64,000 bases of DNA, taken from positions 19,838 to 83,837 of the IMG/VR virus record IMGVR_UViG_3300034418_012856; one strand, given 5' to 3'. The notes under the pieces were generated by a model, which was given only the letters and a program-made list of their open reading frames with translations, did not search any database and was not told the DNA's origin. This stretch comes from a virus. Below, piece by piece: positions 8,180-18,138 of this stretch. Within the stretch, counting starts at the first letter, position 1. Every line of letters begins with the position of its first letter. The translations under genes were made by a program, and so were the position numbers.

Positions 8180-9808
8180 ATGGCCGGATTTAACGAAACA
8201 CCAGAAGGGAACCCGATATTCCAAAGGATTAGAGAGTCTGTAAAGTCTCTCAGCAATTTTGGTATGAGGTATGGTGATATGGTCATTAAAAATTCACAGG
8301 CCATTGGATCGATAGAAGCTGATTTTATGAAAAAGCAATCTATCGATGATGAGAGCTTGCTTTATTCCCTCGGTAGACAAGACACGACCACAAGACAATT
8401 TATCAGCTACTATGATAAGGATTACGCAGGAAAGAGAGATTATCTTAGGAAGTTTGCTCTGAATCCTGAGATAGAGTACATCTTGGATACTGTCTGTGAC
8501 GAAGCGATAACTTTTGATTCATACAACTTCTTTGCATATCCAGCATTTTTAAATCTTACCGATGTAAAGGATAAGATAAAAAACCGTCTGGACGAGAATT
8601 ATAAGAATTTGTATGACATGTTCGGCTTCGGCGATGATATCAGCGGGTGGCAATACTTTAGACAGCTAATGGTCGATGGCTTTCTTGCCTTTGAAATAGT
8701 TTATGATGACAAAGGTAAGAAGATTATTGGATTTAAGGAATTAGATGCAACTACTCTAATGCCATCTGTTGAAAAGCAGCCTGATGGTACTTATTTGAGT
8801 GTTTGGTATCAATACCCAAAGGATATCAATAAGAGGAGGATGCTATATGACTCCCAGGTGATTTACATATCATTTGCTAAGGGAAACACAGTTTCTAGGA
8901 TTAGCTATGTCGAAAGACTTATAAGGCCCTACAACATTCTTAGGATAATCGAGTACACTAGGGTAATATGGTCGGTTATGAACGCATCGTTCAGAATGAA
9001 AATGACTGTACCGATTGGATCGAGATCTCCACAGAAGTCTATGCAAACCTTGGGTGAGCTTATGAGTATCTATAAGGAAGATATTAGGTTCAATGATGAG
9101 AGTGGGGAGTTAACAGTAGATGGCAGACCTAAGATACAGTTTTATAAGAATTATCTAATGCCTTCTGGTGTTAATGGAACACCAACGATAGAACCTATTA
9201 ATAATGCTGGCCCAAACTTAAACGATCCCCAGCCTCTTGCTTATTTCTACGATAAGCTAGTTCAGGAATCTAAAATTCCTTTTTCTAGGTTCCAAGGTCC
9301 TGATGGTGGATCTATAGGAAACTATTCGAATGGTGCAGAAGGATTGGATAAAGAGGAAATAAGGTTTGGTAAGTTTATTAGTAGGCTTAGATCTATCTTC
9401 CAGGATCTTTTGGTTAAGCCACTTTGGATTCAAATGTGTAAGGATTTTCCGGAGTTGGAGAAGGATTACTTATTTAAGAGTCAACTGGGGTTGGAATATG
9501 TTTCTGATAATCCATTCAGGGTTAATCAAGAGATAGAAACCATGCTTAAAAAGAAAGAGCAAATTGATGGTATGTATGCTCTTACCGATGATAGCGGTGA
9601 GCCTTTCTTTTCATTGGCTTATCTAATTGAGTCTCATTTGGGAATGACTGAAGATGATATAAAGGCAAATAAGGAAGCTATCAAGAAAAGGAAAGAGGAG
9701 GAAAAAAAGAAAGCTGACGAAGAGGCTAAATCTTCGGAGGAAGAACCCGCAGAGGAAGCTCCAGAAGAATCTCCGGAGGAAACCCCGGAAGAACCCCCAC
9801 AAGAATAA
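8180..9808 (+). CDS. gp20: Portal vertex protein, paralog A
   Basis: PEIE..LD..CDEAI, VDG...FEI, SYVERLIRPYN.LR.IE, L...SKIP.SR, EEIRF.KFI.RLR. Confidence 0.9.
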   Translation: MAGFNETPEGNPIFQRIRESVKSLSNFGMRYGDMVIKNSQAIGSIEADFMKKQSIDDESLLYSLGRQDTTTRQFISYYDKDYAGKRDYLRKFALNPEIEYILDTVCDEAITFDSYNFFAYPAFLNLTDVKDKIKNRLDENYKNLYDMFGFGDDISGWQYFRQLMVDGFLAFEIVYDDKGKKIIGFKELDATTLMPSVEKQPDGTYLSVWYQYPKDINKRRMLYDSQVIYISFAKGNTVSRISYVERLIRPYNILRIIEYTRVIWSVMNASFRMKMTVPIGSRSPQKSMQTLGELMSIYKEDIRFNDESGELTVDGRPKIQFYKNYLMPSGVNGTPTIEPINNAGPNLNDPQPLAYFYDKLVQESKIPFSRFQGPDGGSIGNYSNGAEGLDKEEIRFGKFISRLRSIFQDLLVKPLWIQMCKDFPELEKDYLFKSQLGLEYVSDNPFRVNQEIETMLKKKEQIDGMYALTDDSGEPFFSLAYLIESHLGMTEDDIKANKEAIKKRKEEEKKKADEEAKSSEEEPAEEAPEESPEETPEEPPQE

Positions 9809-9817
9809 TAATATAGA

Positions 9818-11422
9818 ATGGCAGGTTTTTTAGATTATGTAGCAGAAAGATCCTTCTTGGGTAACCTGTATAAGAATTTATCCAAGGTTGGAAGGTTTGG
9901 AATGGAATACGAAGATATGGTAATTCGTAATTCCCAAGCTGTTGGTGCTACTGAATCTAACTTTTTCAACGAACAGGGAAGTGGATTTACTGAAAACAAC
10001 GCATTTTATTGGACCCTTGGATATCAAGATACGAAGGTTAGAAAATATATTGCCTACTTCGACAAGGACTACATGGGTAAAAGAGACTTCCTTAGGAAAT
10101 TCTCTTTGAATGGCGAAATTGATTTTATCCTGGATACACTTACTGATGATGCTATCAATTACGATGACAAAAATTTCTTTAGTTATCCGTCTTTAGCTAA
10201 CATTGATCTAAAGCCTAATGTGCTTGATAAGGTAAACGAGACATATCAGAATTTGTATATGCTGTTTGGCTTTCAGCAAAGCATATTAGCTTGGCAATAT
10301 TTTAAGCAGTTTTTGATTGATGGGTTTTTGGCTTTTGAGATTGTTTATTCTACTGATGGCAAGAAAATAGTTGGATTTAAAGAATTAGATCCAACCTCCC
10401 TTCAACCCGCTACAGAACAGCAGCCAAATGGTGAATTCCAACAGATTTGGATACAATACCCAGAGGATAATAAAATGACAAGGAAGCTCAGAAGTGAGCA
10501 GATCATTTATCTTTCGTATGCTAAAGGAAATACAATTTCTAGGGTAAGCTATGTGGAGAGACTTATAAGGTCTTATAACATTCTAAGAATCATGGAAAAC
10601 ACCAGGGTTATTTGGAATGTGATGAATGCTTCTTACAGACTTAAGTTTGTAATCCCTGTTGGTTCACAGTCTCAGCAAAAAGCGATGCAAACCCTTGGAC
10701 AGCTAATGTCTATCTATAAAGAGGAAATGGAAATTAATGATTCCTCGGGTGAACTAACAGTAAACGGTAGACCTAAGGTTCAGTTTTATAAGAATTATCT
10801 TTTCCCTGAGAAAGATGGACAATCCCCACAGATTGAAACCCTTGATCCCAATGGACCAGATTTCAATGTTATGGATAATGTTATTTACTTCTATAACAAG
10901 CTTAAACTGGATTCGAAAATACCTTATGCAAGGTTTGCTTTCCGAAATGGTACCCCGGCTAACTATCAAATAAGTATAGATCAGCTAGAAAGGGATGAAA
11001 TTAGGTTTGAGAAATTCTTAACAAGACTAAGATCGATCTTCCAAGAAATATTGGTCAAACCTCTTTACATACAAATGTGTTTGGACTTCCCAGAATTAGC
11101 TAAGGATAGATCATTCAAAGCAAATCTGGGCCTAAGTTATGTAAGAGAAAACCTTTTCGAGGAGTTTATTCAATTGCAAAACTATACAAAACGCACCCAG
11201 TTTATAAATGACCTTGGTGAAATGAAGCAAAAGATTGGCGAGGAAGAGGAATCTTATTTTGACAAAGAATTCCTGATTAAAAGGTATCTCGGTTTAACTA
11301 TGGACGAATATAAGAAGAACGAGAAATATAAGGAAGCTGAAGCTAAGCTTGCTGAGGAAAAAGCTAAGGAAGCCGGATCTGAGGGCGGAGAGGAAGGCGG
11401 AGGCGAGTCATTCACCCTATAA
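9818..11422 (+). CDS. gp20: Portal vertex protein, paralog B
   Basis: Same gp20 motifs; colinear with paralog A over its full length. Confidence 0.9.
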   Translation: MAGFLDYVAERSFLGNLYKNLSKVGRFGMEYEDMVIRNSQAVGATESNFFNEQGSGFTENNAFYWTLGYQDTKVRKYIAYFDKDYMGKRDFLRKFSLNGEIDFILDTLTDDAINYDDKNFFSYPSLANIDLKPNVLDKVNETYQNLYMLFGFQQSILAWQYFKQFLIDGFLAFEIVYSTDGKKIVGFKELDPTSLQPATEQQPNGEFQQIWIQYPEDNKMTRKLRSEQIIYLSYAKGNTISRVSYVERLIRSYNILRIMENTRVIWNVMNASYRLKFVIPVGSQSQQKAMQTLGQLMSIYKEEMEINDSSGELTVNGRPKVQFYKNYLFPEKDGQSPQIETLDPNGPDFNVMDNVIYFYNKLKLDSKIPYARFAFRNGTPANYQISIDQLERDEIRFEKFLTRLRSIFQEILVKPLYIQMCLDFPELAKDRSFKANLGLSYVRENLFEEFIQLQNYTKRTQFINDLGEMKQKIGEEEESYFDKEFLIKRYLGLTMDEYKKNEKYKEAEAKLAEEKAKEAGSEGGEEGGGESFTL

Positions 11423-11432
11423 TTTTATATAA

Positions 11433-12440
11433 ATGGATCTAAAGGATCTCCTGTCTTCAAAGAAAATTCTGGTAGTTGGTGATGTTATATTAGACCATTA
11501 CATCTATGGTAAGGTTTATCGGGTTTCTCCGGAAGCACCAGTACCTGTAGTGCTAAAATCAAATTCAACATATTGTTTGGGTGGATCAGCAAATGTCGCC
11601 CAAAACGTTTCTTCTTTCGGGTCTGAATGCTGGCTTCTAGGTGTTTATGGTAATGACCAGGGATCTGTAGAGATCGACAATCTTCTCGGTGAGAAGAATA
11701 TACACTCGCTTATGATAACCGATATCTCTAGACCAACCGTAGAAAAAACCAGGGTTATTGGGAATAGTCATCAGATTGTTAGAATAGATTCCGAGACAAG
11801 TGACCCGTTGACATCTGATATCCAGGATGAGGTATTGGAATCTTTTAACAACATTATACACCAGATGGACGGTGTTATTATACAAGACTATGGAAAGGGA
11901 ATGCTTAGTGGGGAGCTTATAAGTAAGATAACTGATATCTGCACCGAGCTGGAAATCCCTACTCTGACTGATCCTAAGGATAGAGATTTTTCCAAATATA
12001 TTGGATCTACCTGGATAAAACCAAATCTTAGTGAGTTTAAGTCATCTCTTAATATTCCACAGCCTGAAGCAATTGACTTAAAACGTACCACGAAACTCAT
12101 GGATTCTTTGATGGACTCTTTTGGTTTTAGAGGAGTTTTGCTTACCCTTTCCGAGGATGGTATGATGTTAAAGACGAATTCAGATTTTGAACAGGTCGAT
12201 GGAATCCAAATAGAGGTAACTGACGTTTCTGGAGCGGGTGATACAGTTAGTGCTGTTTTCATGCTTCTGCTAACAAATAACGTCTCTTATCTCGATTGCT
12301 TGAGAATATCAAATCTTGCTGGTTCCCTGGTTTGTCAAGTATCCGGAGCAGTACCGGTAGATTCCAATAACCTTTATATGACACTTCTTAAAAATTCTTG
12401 GGTTATCACAAGCCTTTCTGGAGAGCCCATTTTGATTTAG
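11433..12440 (+). CDS. hldA: D-glycero-D-manno-heptose-7-phosphate kinase (HldA/RfaE domain I, PfkB family)
   Basis: ILVVGDVILDHY, RVSPEAPVPVV, GGSANVA, QDYGKG, DPK, KPN, DVSGAGDTV. Confidence 0.9.
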   Translation: MDLKDLLSSKKILVVGDVILDHYIYGKVYRVSPEAPVPVVLKSNSTYCLGGSANVAQNVSSFGSECWLLGVYGNDQGSVEIDNLLGEKNIHSLMITDISRPTVEKTRVIGNSHQIVRIDSETSDPLTSDIQDEVLESFNNIIHQMDGVIIQDYGKGMLSGELISKITDICTELEIPTLTDPKDRDFSKYIGSTWIKPNLSEFKSSLNIPQPEAIDLKRTTKLMDSLMDSFGFRGVLLTLSEDGMMLKTNSDFEQVDGIQIEVTDVSGAGDTVSAVFMLLLTNNVSYLDCLRISNLAGSLVCQVSGAVPVDSNNLYMTLLKNSWVITSLSGEPILI

Positions 12441-12455
12441 ATCATTTTTTTAGTA

Positions 12456-12476
12456 CGTTTTGGTTTCTTAGATTTG
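12456..12476 (+). promoter_or_regulatory. Bacteroidota sigmaA-type promoter (-7 element TAGATTTG)
   Basis: TAnnTTTG 17 nt before the ligase start, with CGTTT 8 nt upstream as at 19545. Confidence 0.55.
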
Positions 12477-12493
12477 TATTATAATAAAAGCAT

Positions 12494-13840
12494 ATGAAGA
12501 AGGAACTGGAGATATTTATGGAGATAGAAAGCCTTTCTGGTAATGGATCTCAGAAGGTAAAGCAAACACTCATTTCAGAGAATTTGTCTAATGAAATGGA
12601 ATACCTTTTGGATGTTTGCTTCAATCCATTTATTACAACAAAGCTCCACAAGCTGAATCTTAATACACATACTCCTGGAAGAAAATACCAGAGAGACCCT
12701 GAGGAGTTTTGGAACACATTTAAAACCTTGGTGGAAGAGCTTAAAGCTGCACCTGCTGCAAATGATTCCCTTAGACAAAGGGCTGAGGATCTTCTTGAAC
12801 ACACTTTTGATCCCGACAGCGATGTTGATCTGGGTATAAGGAAGATGCTCATGAAAGTCCTAACTAAAAGGATGAATATCGGGCTAGGTGCTAAGTTGAT
12901 CAATAAAGCAGTTGGGTCTGAGATTATCCCGGATCCGTCTTTAATGCTTGCAACTGATAAGCAGGAGGAGATTGAAACCTGGGACAAAATCTATTGTGAA
13001 GAGAAGTATGACGGTGTTAGGGTTATAGCTATGATGAATCCTGACAGGTCATTCTCTTTTTATACACGTGCATTCAATGAGCTAGACTCTTCCAAATTAA
13101 GCAAGATTGCGAAGGACCTTTCCACAATCTCAGATAAGGCTGGTCACACTAATGTATTTTATGATGGTGAGCTAACAGATTTCGATAGAAAGTCAGTTTC
13201 TGGAAAGGTAACTCAGATTTTAAAAGGAACAGCCCCTGATAATATAGATGACAATTTCCTTTTTAATGTGTTTGACTTGGAGGACAATGCAACACTTGAA
13301 AAAGGCAAGGGCTCTGTACTGTATACAGAGAGAAGAAGGTCTCTTGCAGAGACGTTGAACTTTCTACCTGAGGATTCCAACATTAGGCTCGGTCAGATGT
13401 GGGAGGTAGATTCTATGGAGGATACCCTGATAATCTATAAGGATATCGTTTCTAAAGGTGGTGAGGGGGTTATTTGCAAGAATGATCATTTGTATGAGTG
13501 CAAAAGAAGCAAAAGCTGGATTAAGCTTAAAGAAGTAAATGATTGCGACTTAGAGGTAGTTGGATGGTATCCAGGAGAGGGTAAAAGAGAGGGATTCATA
13601 GGAGGACTTATTTGTACTGACCAATCAAAAACACTAAACGTAAAAATTGGTGCAGGATTTACCGATCTCGATCTTGAGACATTGAGTCAAAATCCAGATG
13701 ATTTGATCGGTAGAATTGCTGCTGTTCAATACAATGTGCCTATCACGGATAAGCATCAAAATCGAAGCTTATTCCTGCCAAGATTTATTGAGATTAGAAC
13801 TGATAAGATGTTCCCCGACGACCTCTCTAACTTGTTCTAA
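12494..13840 (+). CDS. gp30: ATP-dependent DNA ligase
   Basis: EEKYDGVR, DGEL, FNVFD, EGVICK, KRSKSWIKLK, SLFLPRF..IR.DK. Confidence 0.95.
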   Translation: MKKELEIFMEIESLSGNGSQKVKQTLISENLSNEMEYLLDVCFNPFITTKLHKLNLNTHTPGRKYQRDPEEFWNTFKTLVEELKAAPAANDSLRQRAEDLLEHTFDPDSDVDLGIRKMLMKVLTKRMNIGLGAKLINKAVGSEIIPDPSLMLATDKQEEIETWDKIYCEEKYDGVRVIAMMNPDRSFSFYTRAFNELDSSKLSKIAKDLSTISDKAGHTNVFYDGELTDFDRKSVSGKVTQILKGTAPDNIDDNFLFNVFDLEDNATLEKGKGSVLYTERRRSLAETLNFLPEDSNIRLGQMWEVDSMEDTLIIYKDIVSKGGEGVICKNDHLYECKRSKSWIKLKEVNDCDLEVVGWYPGEGKREGFIGGLICTDQSKTLNVKIGAGFTDLDLETLSQNPDDLIGRIAAVQYNVPITDKHQNRSLFLPRFIEIRTDKMFPDDLSNLF

Positions 13841-13889
13841 ATGGGAAACTTAAGGCTCTTTTTTCTGTACAAGAATAAAGAGCTTTTTT

Positions 13890-14837
13890 ATGATAGACCA
13901 ACTCCTCACAGAGAAGTTAAGACCCAAACAAATCAAGCATATGATCCTTCCAGACAGGATCAGAAAATTGTTCGACGAAAAGGGGCTTAACCATAATGTT
14001 TTATTAGCAGGATCTCCTGGGTGTGGAAAGACAACTTTAGCAAAGATTCTTTCCAACGATCTCCCACACATTTTTATAAATGTATCTGACGAGAGCTCCG
14101 TTGATACCATCAGGACCAAGATAAATGAATTCTGTTCTACCATGAGTATCATGGATGGGAAGTCATCTAAAAAAGTGGTTGTACTGGATGAGTTTGATGG
14201 TGCTTCTGATCAATTCTATAAGGCATTAAGGGGAACAATCGAAAAGTTTGCTTCCAATACTAGGTTTATTGCAACCTGTAATTGGCTGAATAAAGTACCA
14301 GAAGCTATTCAAAGTAGGTTTGAGGTTATCAATTTCGATCCGATAAATCAAGCAGAGGAGGAGTTTTTACGAAATGAATGGAGAAGTAGGATCAAGCTAA
14401 TTCTTGGGAAGTTGAGCATCTCTATTGACGATGCATCTCTTGATGAGTTTGAGAAGGAGTACTTCCCAGATCTTAGATCTTCCCTAAACCGAATCCAATC
14501 CTGGGTTATCGAAGGAGTTCAAACAATTGATATTTCTAGGGTAAGGGATTCTGGCTGGTCATATGATGATCTCTACAATATGATCTTTTCTTCTAAGGAT
14601 CCGATTGGTAATTACCAGGTGATAGTTGGTCAATATTCATCTAAGGTCGATGATGTTATGGCTGCTTTAGGTGAGGAGTTTATACAATGGATCATGAAGA
14701 ATAAATCTACGTACGCTAAGATTATTCCAGCAGTAGTAGTTGAGGTTGCTCATCACCAGGCACAGAGACAACTGGTTATTGATCCAGTAGTGAGTTTGTT
14801 GTCTCTGATTTTTAAGATACAAAAACTAGTAGACTGA
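13890..14837 (+). CDS. gp44: Clamp loader large subunit (AAA+)
   Basis: EKLRP, GSPGCGKTT, DEFD, ALRGTIE, CN, AIQSR. Confidence 0.92.
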   Translation: MIDQLLTEKLRPKQIKHMILPDRIRKLFDEKGLNHNVLLAGSPGCGKTTLAKILSNDLPHIFINVSDESSVDTIRTKINEFCSTMSIMDGKSSKKVVVLDEFDGASDQFYKALRGTIEKFASNTRFIATCNWLNKVPEAIQSRFEVINFDPINQAEEEFLRNEWRSRIKLILGKLSISIDDASLDEFEKEYFPDLRSSLNRIQSWVIEGVQTIDISRVRDSGWSYDDLYNMIFSSKDPIGNYQVIVGQYSSKVDDVMAALGEEFIQWIMKNKSTYAKIIPAVVVEVAHHQAQRQLVIDPVVSLLSLIFKIQKLVD

Positions 14838-15127
14838 TGGATTTATTACCTGAAGAAATAAGAAAGAACACTTACCTCTATAAATTTTATAAAAGAGGTG
14901 AAAGAGCAATGATGTATGAACAAATAGAGCCAAGCACTGGACAAACAGTAGGGTTTGAGATATTTAAGAGAAAGATAGACAAACCAAAGGTAGTATTTGG
15001 TATCCAATTGAATGAGAGAGAAATCTTTCCAGGAAACGAGGATTTTGGTAAATGGGCATGGTCCATTACTGATGAGGGAAGAGCTCTAGAAAGATTTAAC
15101 CTAATTGAGAGTCAAACCGATGAATAA
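14837..15127 (+). CDS. Hypothetical protein
   Basis: 96-aa ORF translationally coupled on both sides. Confidence 0.55.
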   Translation: MDLLPEEIRKNTYLYKFYKRGERAMMYEQIEPSTGQTVGFEIFKRKIDKPKVVFGIQLNEREIFPGNEDFGKWAWSITDEGRALERFNLIESQTDE

Positions 15128-15464
15128 GCAGGGACTAGTATTTTTCTTAATTATAGCCCTTGCACAATCCGGTGCATGGTTCCAGCAGTTTTCCCAAGTG
15201 AGATGGGAATGGTTTAAAAACAACAACTGGTTTAATATTGGTATCCTTGGAATTCTCCTTTCTATACTTTTTGTGTATGGTGCAAGAATTGGGTACACTG
15301 CCTGGGAAAGTGTTTGGAAAGTTCGATTGATACAATTTTCGATTGGAGCATTTGTCGTATCCTTTTGGAGTTGGATAATACTAGGAGAGGGTGTGAATTT
15401 AAAGACTTTTGTTTGTTTGATCCTAGCATTGATGATTATCCTTATTCAGGTTTTTTGGAAATAG
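15120..15464 (+). CDS. Small 4-TM membrane protein (DMT/SMR-like)
   Basis: Four hydrophobic helices, LGE.V..K motif; ATG at 15120. Confidence 0.5.
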   Translation: MNKQGLVFFLIIALAQSGAWFQQFSQVRWEWFKNNNWFNIGILGILLSILFVYGARIGYTAWESVWKVRLIQFSIGAFVVSFWSWIILGEGVNLKTFVCLILALMIILIQVFWK

Positions 15465-15467
15465 AAT

Positions 15468-15989
15468 ATGAAAAGGCTTATTATAGTAGGTAAAGGTGGT
15501 TCAGGTAAAGATCATCTTAGGAAAAAACTAGAAGACAGAGGATTTAAATATTGTGTATCTCACACAAGCAGGCCACCGCGCCACGGAGAAATTGACGGGA
15601 AGGATTATCACTTTATATCCCTGGATACTGCAATCCATGAATTTATTGAAACCAATAGATTCTATGAGCATGTTATTTTCAATGGCTGGGTTTACGGTAC
15701 TTCTCTTGACGAATTTAACTCGAGTAATCTTTTTATTATGACACCCTCTGGTTTGTCTTCTATGAAACCCAGAGATAGGGAAGAGTCTTTTGTGGTTTAT
15801 TTGGATATAGCCGAGGATGTAAGAAGGTCTCGATTATCTAAAAGAAACGATGCTGATAAGCTTGAAAGAAGGCTTCAAGCAGACTATGATGACTTTAAGA
15901 ACTTTTTTGATTATGACGAGAGGATTACTGATCCTTTATTTGACAGTGTAGGTGATTGGGGAAATTTAAAATTTTATAGCAATGATTAA
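15468..15989 (+). CDS. gmk: Guanylate kinase
   Basis: GKGGSGKD, VSHTSRPPRHGEIDGKDYHF, YGT. Confidence 0.9.
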   Translation: MKRLIIVGKGGSGKDHLRKKLEDRGFKYCVSHTSRPPRHGEIDGKDYHFISLDTAIHEFIETNRFYEHVIFNGWVYGTSLDEFNSSNLFIMTPSGLSSMKPRDREESFVVYLDIAEDVRRSRLSKRNDADKLERRLQADYDDFKNFFDYDERITDPLFDSVGDWGNLKFYSND

Positions 15990-17118
15990 CGTACTTATTG
16001 ACGGAAACTACATATTTCATAAAACATTTGGTGTTTTTGGTGGATATGGGAATAAAAACCCTGGCGATATCTTAGGAACCCAAAATGAGCAGTCAATGTT
16101 TATTAGAAAAATATCGACTGACCTAACATCATCCCTCAGATCTATTCCTATTGGGGGAAAGCTAGTTTTTACTGTTGACAGTAGAAGTTGGAGAAAGGAT
16201 GTTGAAATTGAAGGTGGAGGTTATAAATCCAACAGGGTGAAGGACGAGGAAGTTGATTGGAGTGTTTTCTTTAACCTCCTTACTTCTTACGGGGAACACC
16301 TTGAAAAAATGGGATTTATATTTTCCAAAGTAAATGGAGCTGAAGGTGATGATTTGCTTTATTTCTGGGCTGATTACCTAAATACCAAGGGTGAAAATTG
16401 TATCATCATTTCGGGGGATAAGGATTTACATCAGCTGGCTAGATGGAAAAAAGATAATTGGACCATAGTTTGGAACGCAAATTCTAAAAACAATATTCTC
16501 TCTGTGCCCGAAGGCTGGGAGGATAACTGGCTTAATAAAAACACAGAGGCAAGTGTATTTGATATGGGCAGTGTAATGGACCCAGATAAAGATAAGCTTA
16601 AGGAATTTATTAAGAAGGTTGAAGTAAATGAAATTAATCCTAGGGATTTCGTTTTCATTAAAATGCTTGTTGGTGATAAGGGAGATGCTGTCCCAGGTAT
16701 ATGGGAGGTACAAGCAGGATCAAAAACCCAAAGAGTTACCCCCAAGAAAGCTGAGACTGTTATGGAATCCTTGCAATCAACACAATGGGCTAAACTTCCC
16801 TTTGCTGAACTTATTGAAGACGACCAATTCCTGGAGTGGACTGCAGGCTATTGTATTAGACTTCTCAAGGATATAGACAGCAAGGATAATCGGGAAAAAG
16901 CTGCTGAGAATCTAAAAAGAAATTATAAACTCATGTGGTTGGACAAGACCGTAATCCCACAGGAGGTAATTCAAGGAACCGTAGAGGAATTAAAAAGAGG
17001 AATATCCTTGCCTAAAAAATCTATTACCCTTGATAGGGTGAAGATTCTTGAGGGAACAAGCTGGATAAGCTCACAAAATGCTCCTAGCCAATTTGACCCC
17101 TTTAAAAACTTTGGATAA
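15982..17118 (+). CDS. rnh: T4-type RNase H / 5'-3' flap exonuclease
   Basis: LIDGN, DSRSWR, YKSNR, EGDD, SGDKDL.QL, GDKGDAVPG. Confidence 0.88.
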   Translation: MINVLIDGNYIFHKTFGVFGGYGNKNPGDILGTQNEQSMFIRKISTDLTSSLRSIPIGGKLVFTVDSRSWRKDVEIEGGGYKSNRVKDEEVDWSVFFNLLTSYGEHLEKMGFIFSKVNGAEGDDLLYFWADYLNTKGENCIIISGDKDLHQLARWKKDNWTIVWNANSKNNILSVPEGWEDNWLNKNTEASVFDMGSVMDPDKDKLKEFIKKVEVNEINPRDFVFIKMLVGDKGDAVPGIWEVQAGSKTQRVTPKKAETVMESLQSTQWAKLPFAELIEDDQFLEWTAGYCIRLLKDIDSKDNREKAAENLKRNYKLMWLDKTVIPQEVIQGTVEELKRGISLPKKSITLDRVKILEGTSWISSQNAPSQFDPFKNFG

Positions 17119-17543
17119 TGGAATTATTTGATGTAGTTAAAACAATTTTCAAGAAGGATAAAGACTGGGATAAGGTTTCCAGGAACGATAAGGTTAGAAA
17201 TTTCTTTATGATTAATCGGATAATGTCCATCCAATTTCCTATCCAGGCGGATCAGTTCAACCACACAAAGATTTTACCAAGGCCTGTTGTGGATTGGTGG
17301 CACGACACGCTGAGCAAGCATTATACCAGAATGCCTGGTTGGATCTTCACCAAAACCAAAAAATCCAAAAATAAGACAGCCCCAACCTCCGATATTGAGA
17401 TCGATAAATCTATCGAGGAGTTTGTAGCAAACAAGTACGAGGTATCATTAAGAGACCTTTCTGATCTGAAAAGATTCTATCCGGAAAAATATGAGAATTG
17501 GATGAGATCTATAGGGGAACAAGTCACTATGATGAAAAAGTGA
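17118..17543 (+). CDS. gp62: Probable clamp loader small subunit
   Basis: MELFD, FMINR.MS, basic patch, F...Y.VS; size and replication context. Confidence 0.55.
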   Translation: MELFDVVKTIFKKDKDWDKVSRNDKVRNFFMINRIMSIQFPIQADQFNHTKILPRPVVDWWHDTLSKHYTRMPGWIFTKTKKSKNKTAPTSDIEIDKSIEEFVANKYEVSLRDLSDLKRFYPEKYENWMRSIGEQVTMMKK

Positions 17544-17549
17544 TTGTGT

Positions 17550-17557
17550 GATATATA
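17550..17557 (+). promoter_or_regulatory. Putative late promoter GATATATA
   Basis: 24 nt upstream of 17582. Confidence 0.65.
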
Positions 17558-17581
17558 AGATGTTCCCTAATTAGATTTTTT

Positions 17582-18121
17582 ATGAGAAATGATTTCAGGA
17601 AATTAATAGAAAAGGTATTGTCTAGTTTAGATTGGGATACCATTTTTGAAATACACAAAGTTTTTAAATTCGGAGTTGGTGAGGGTAGCGAAGTAATTCC
17701 TGGACTGAAAAGAAAGATCTATAGCGAGGATCTTACTAAGAATGATGTTAAAAACGAACTCAAGTCCCTACTTAGATTTGTAATCAATAACGACGTTTCT
17801 AAATTTGGATATGGACCGTGGATGATTACCTGGTTTAATCAGGATTGGGATATTATTTTCAACAATGAGTCTGAGGAGGATTTTGGTGATGACGAGTTGG
17901 ATGATATTCAATTCGATTCAAGACTAGAGGTTGTTTATGCTCCACAGCGTATTTGTCTCACTGTTAATGCCGCTCCTGATGCTAAGGAAGAGATTTCTTC
18001 GGAGGAAAGTGTGCTAAATAAAATGCTCAAAAAAGCTCTTAAGTCCGAAAATTATGAACTTGCTGGAAAAATCCAGGAAATCTTAGATGAAAAGAAATCT
18101 AAGGAGAGTTCAGATAAATAG
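17582..18121 (+). CDS. Hypothetical protein with C-terminal UvrB/UvrC (UVR) coiled-coil motif
   Basis: LNKMLKKALKSENYELAGKIQEIL. Confidence 0.55.
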   Translation: MRNDFRKLIEKVLSSLDWDTIFEIHKVFKFGVGEGSEVIPGLKRKIYSEDLTKNDVKNELKSLLRFVINNDVSKFGYGPWMITWFNQDWDIIFNNESEEDFGDDELDDIQFDSRLEVVYAPQRICLTVNAAPDAKEEISSEESVLNKMLKKALKSENYELAGKIQEILDEKKSKESSDK

Positions 18122-18129
18122 TATAAATA
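18113..18129 (+). promoter_or_regulatory. Late promoter variants GATAAATA and TATAAATA in tandem
   Basis: Immediately upstream of TTG 18139; the second copy is the exact T4 late box. Confidence 0.6.
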
Positions 18130-18138
18130 AATTTATCC

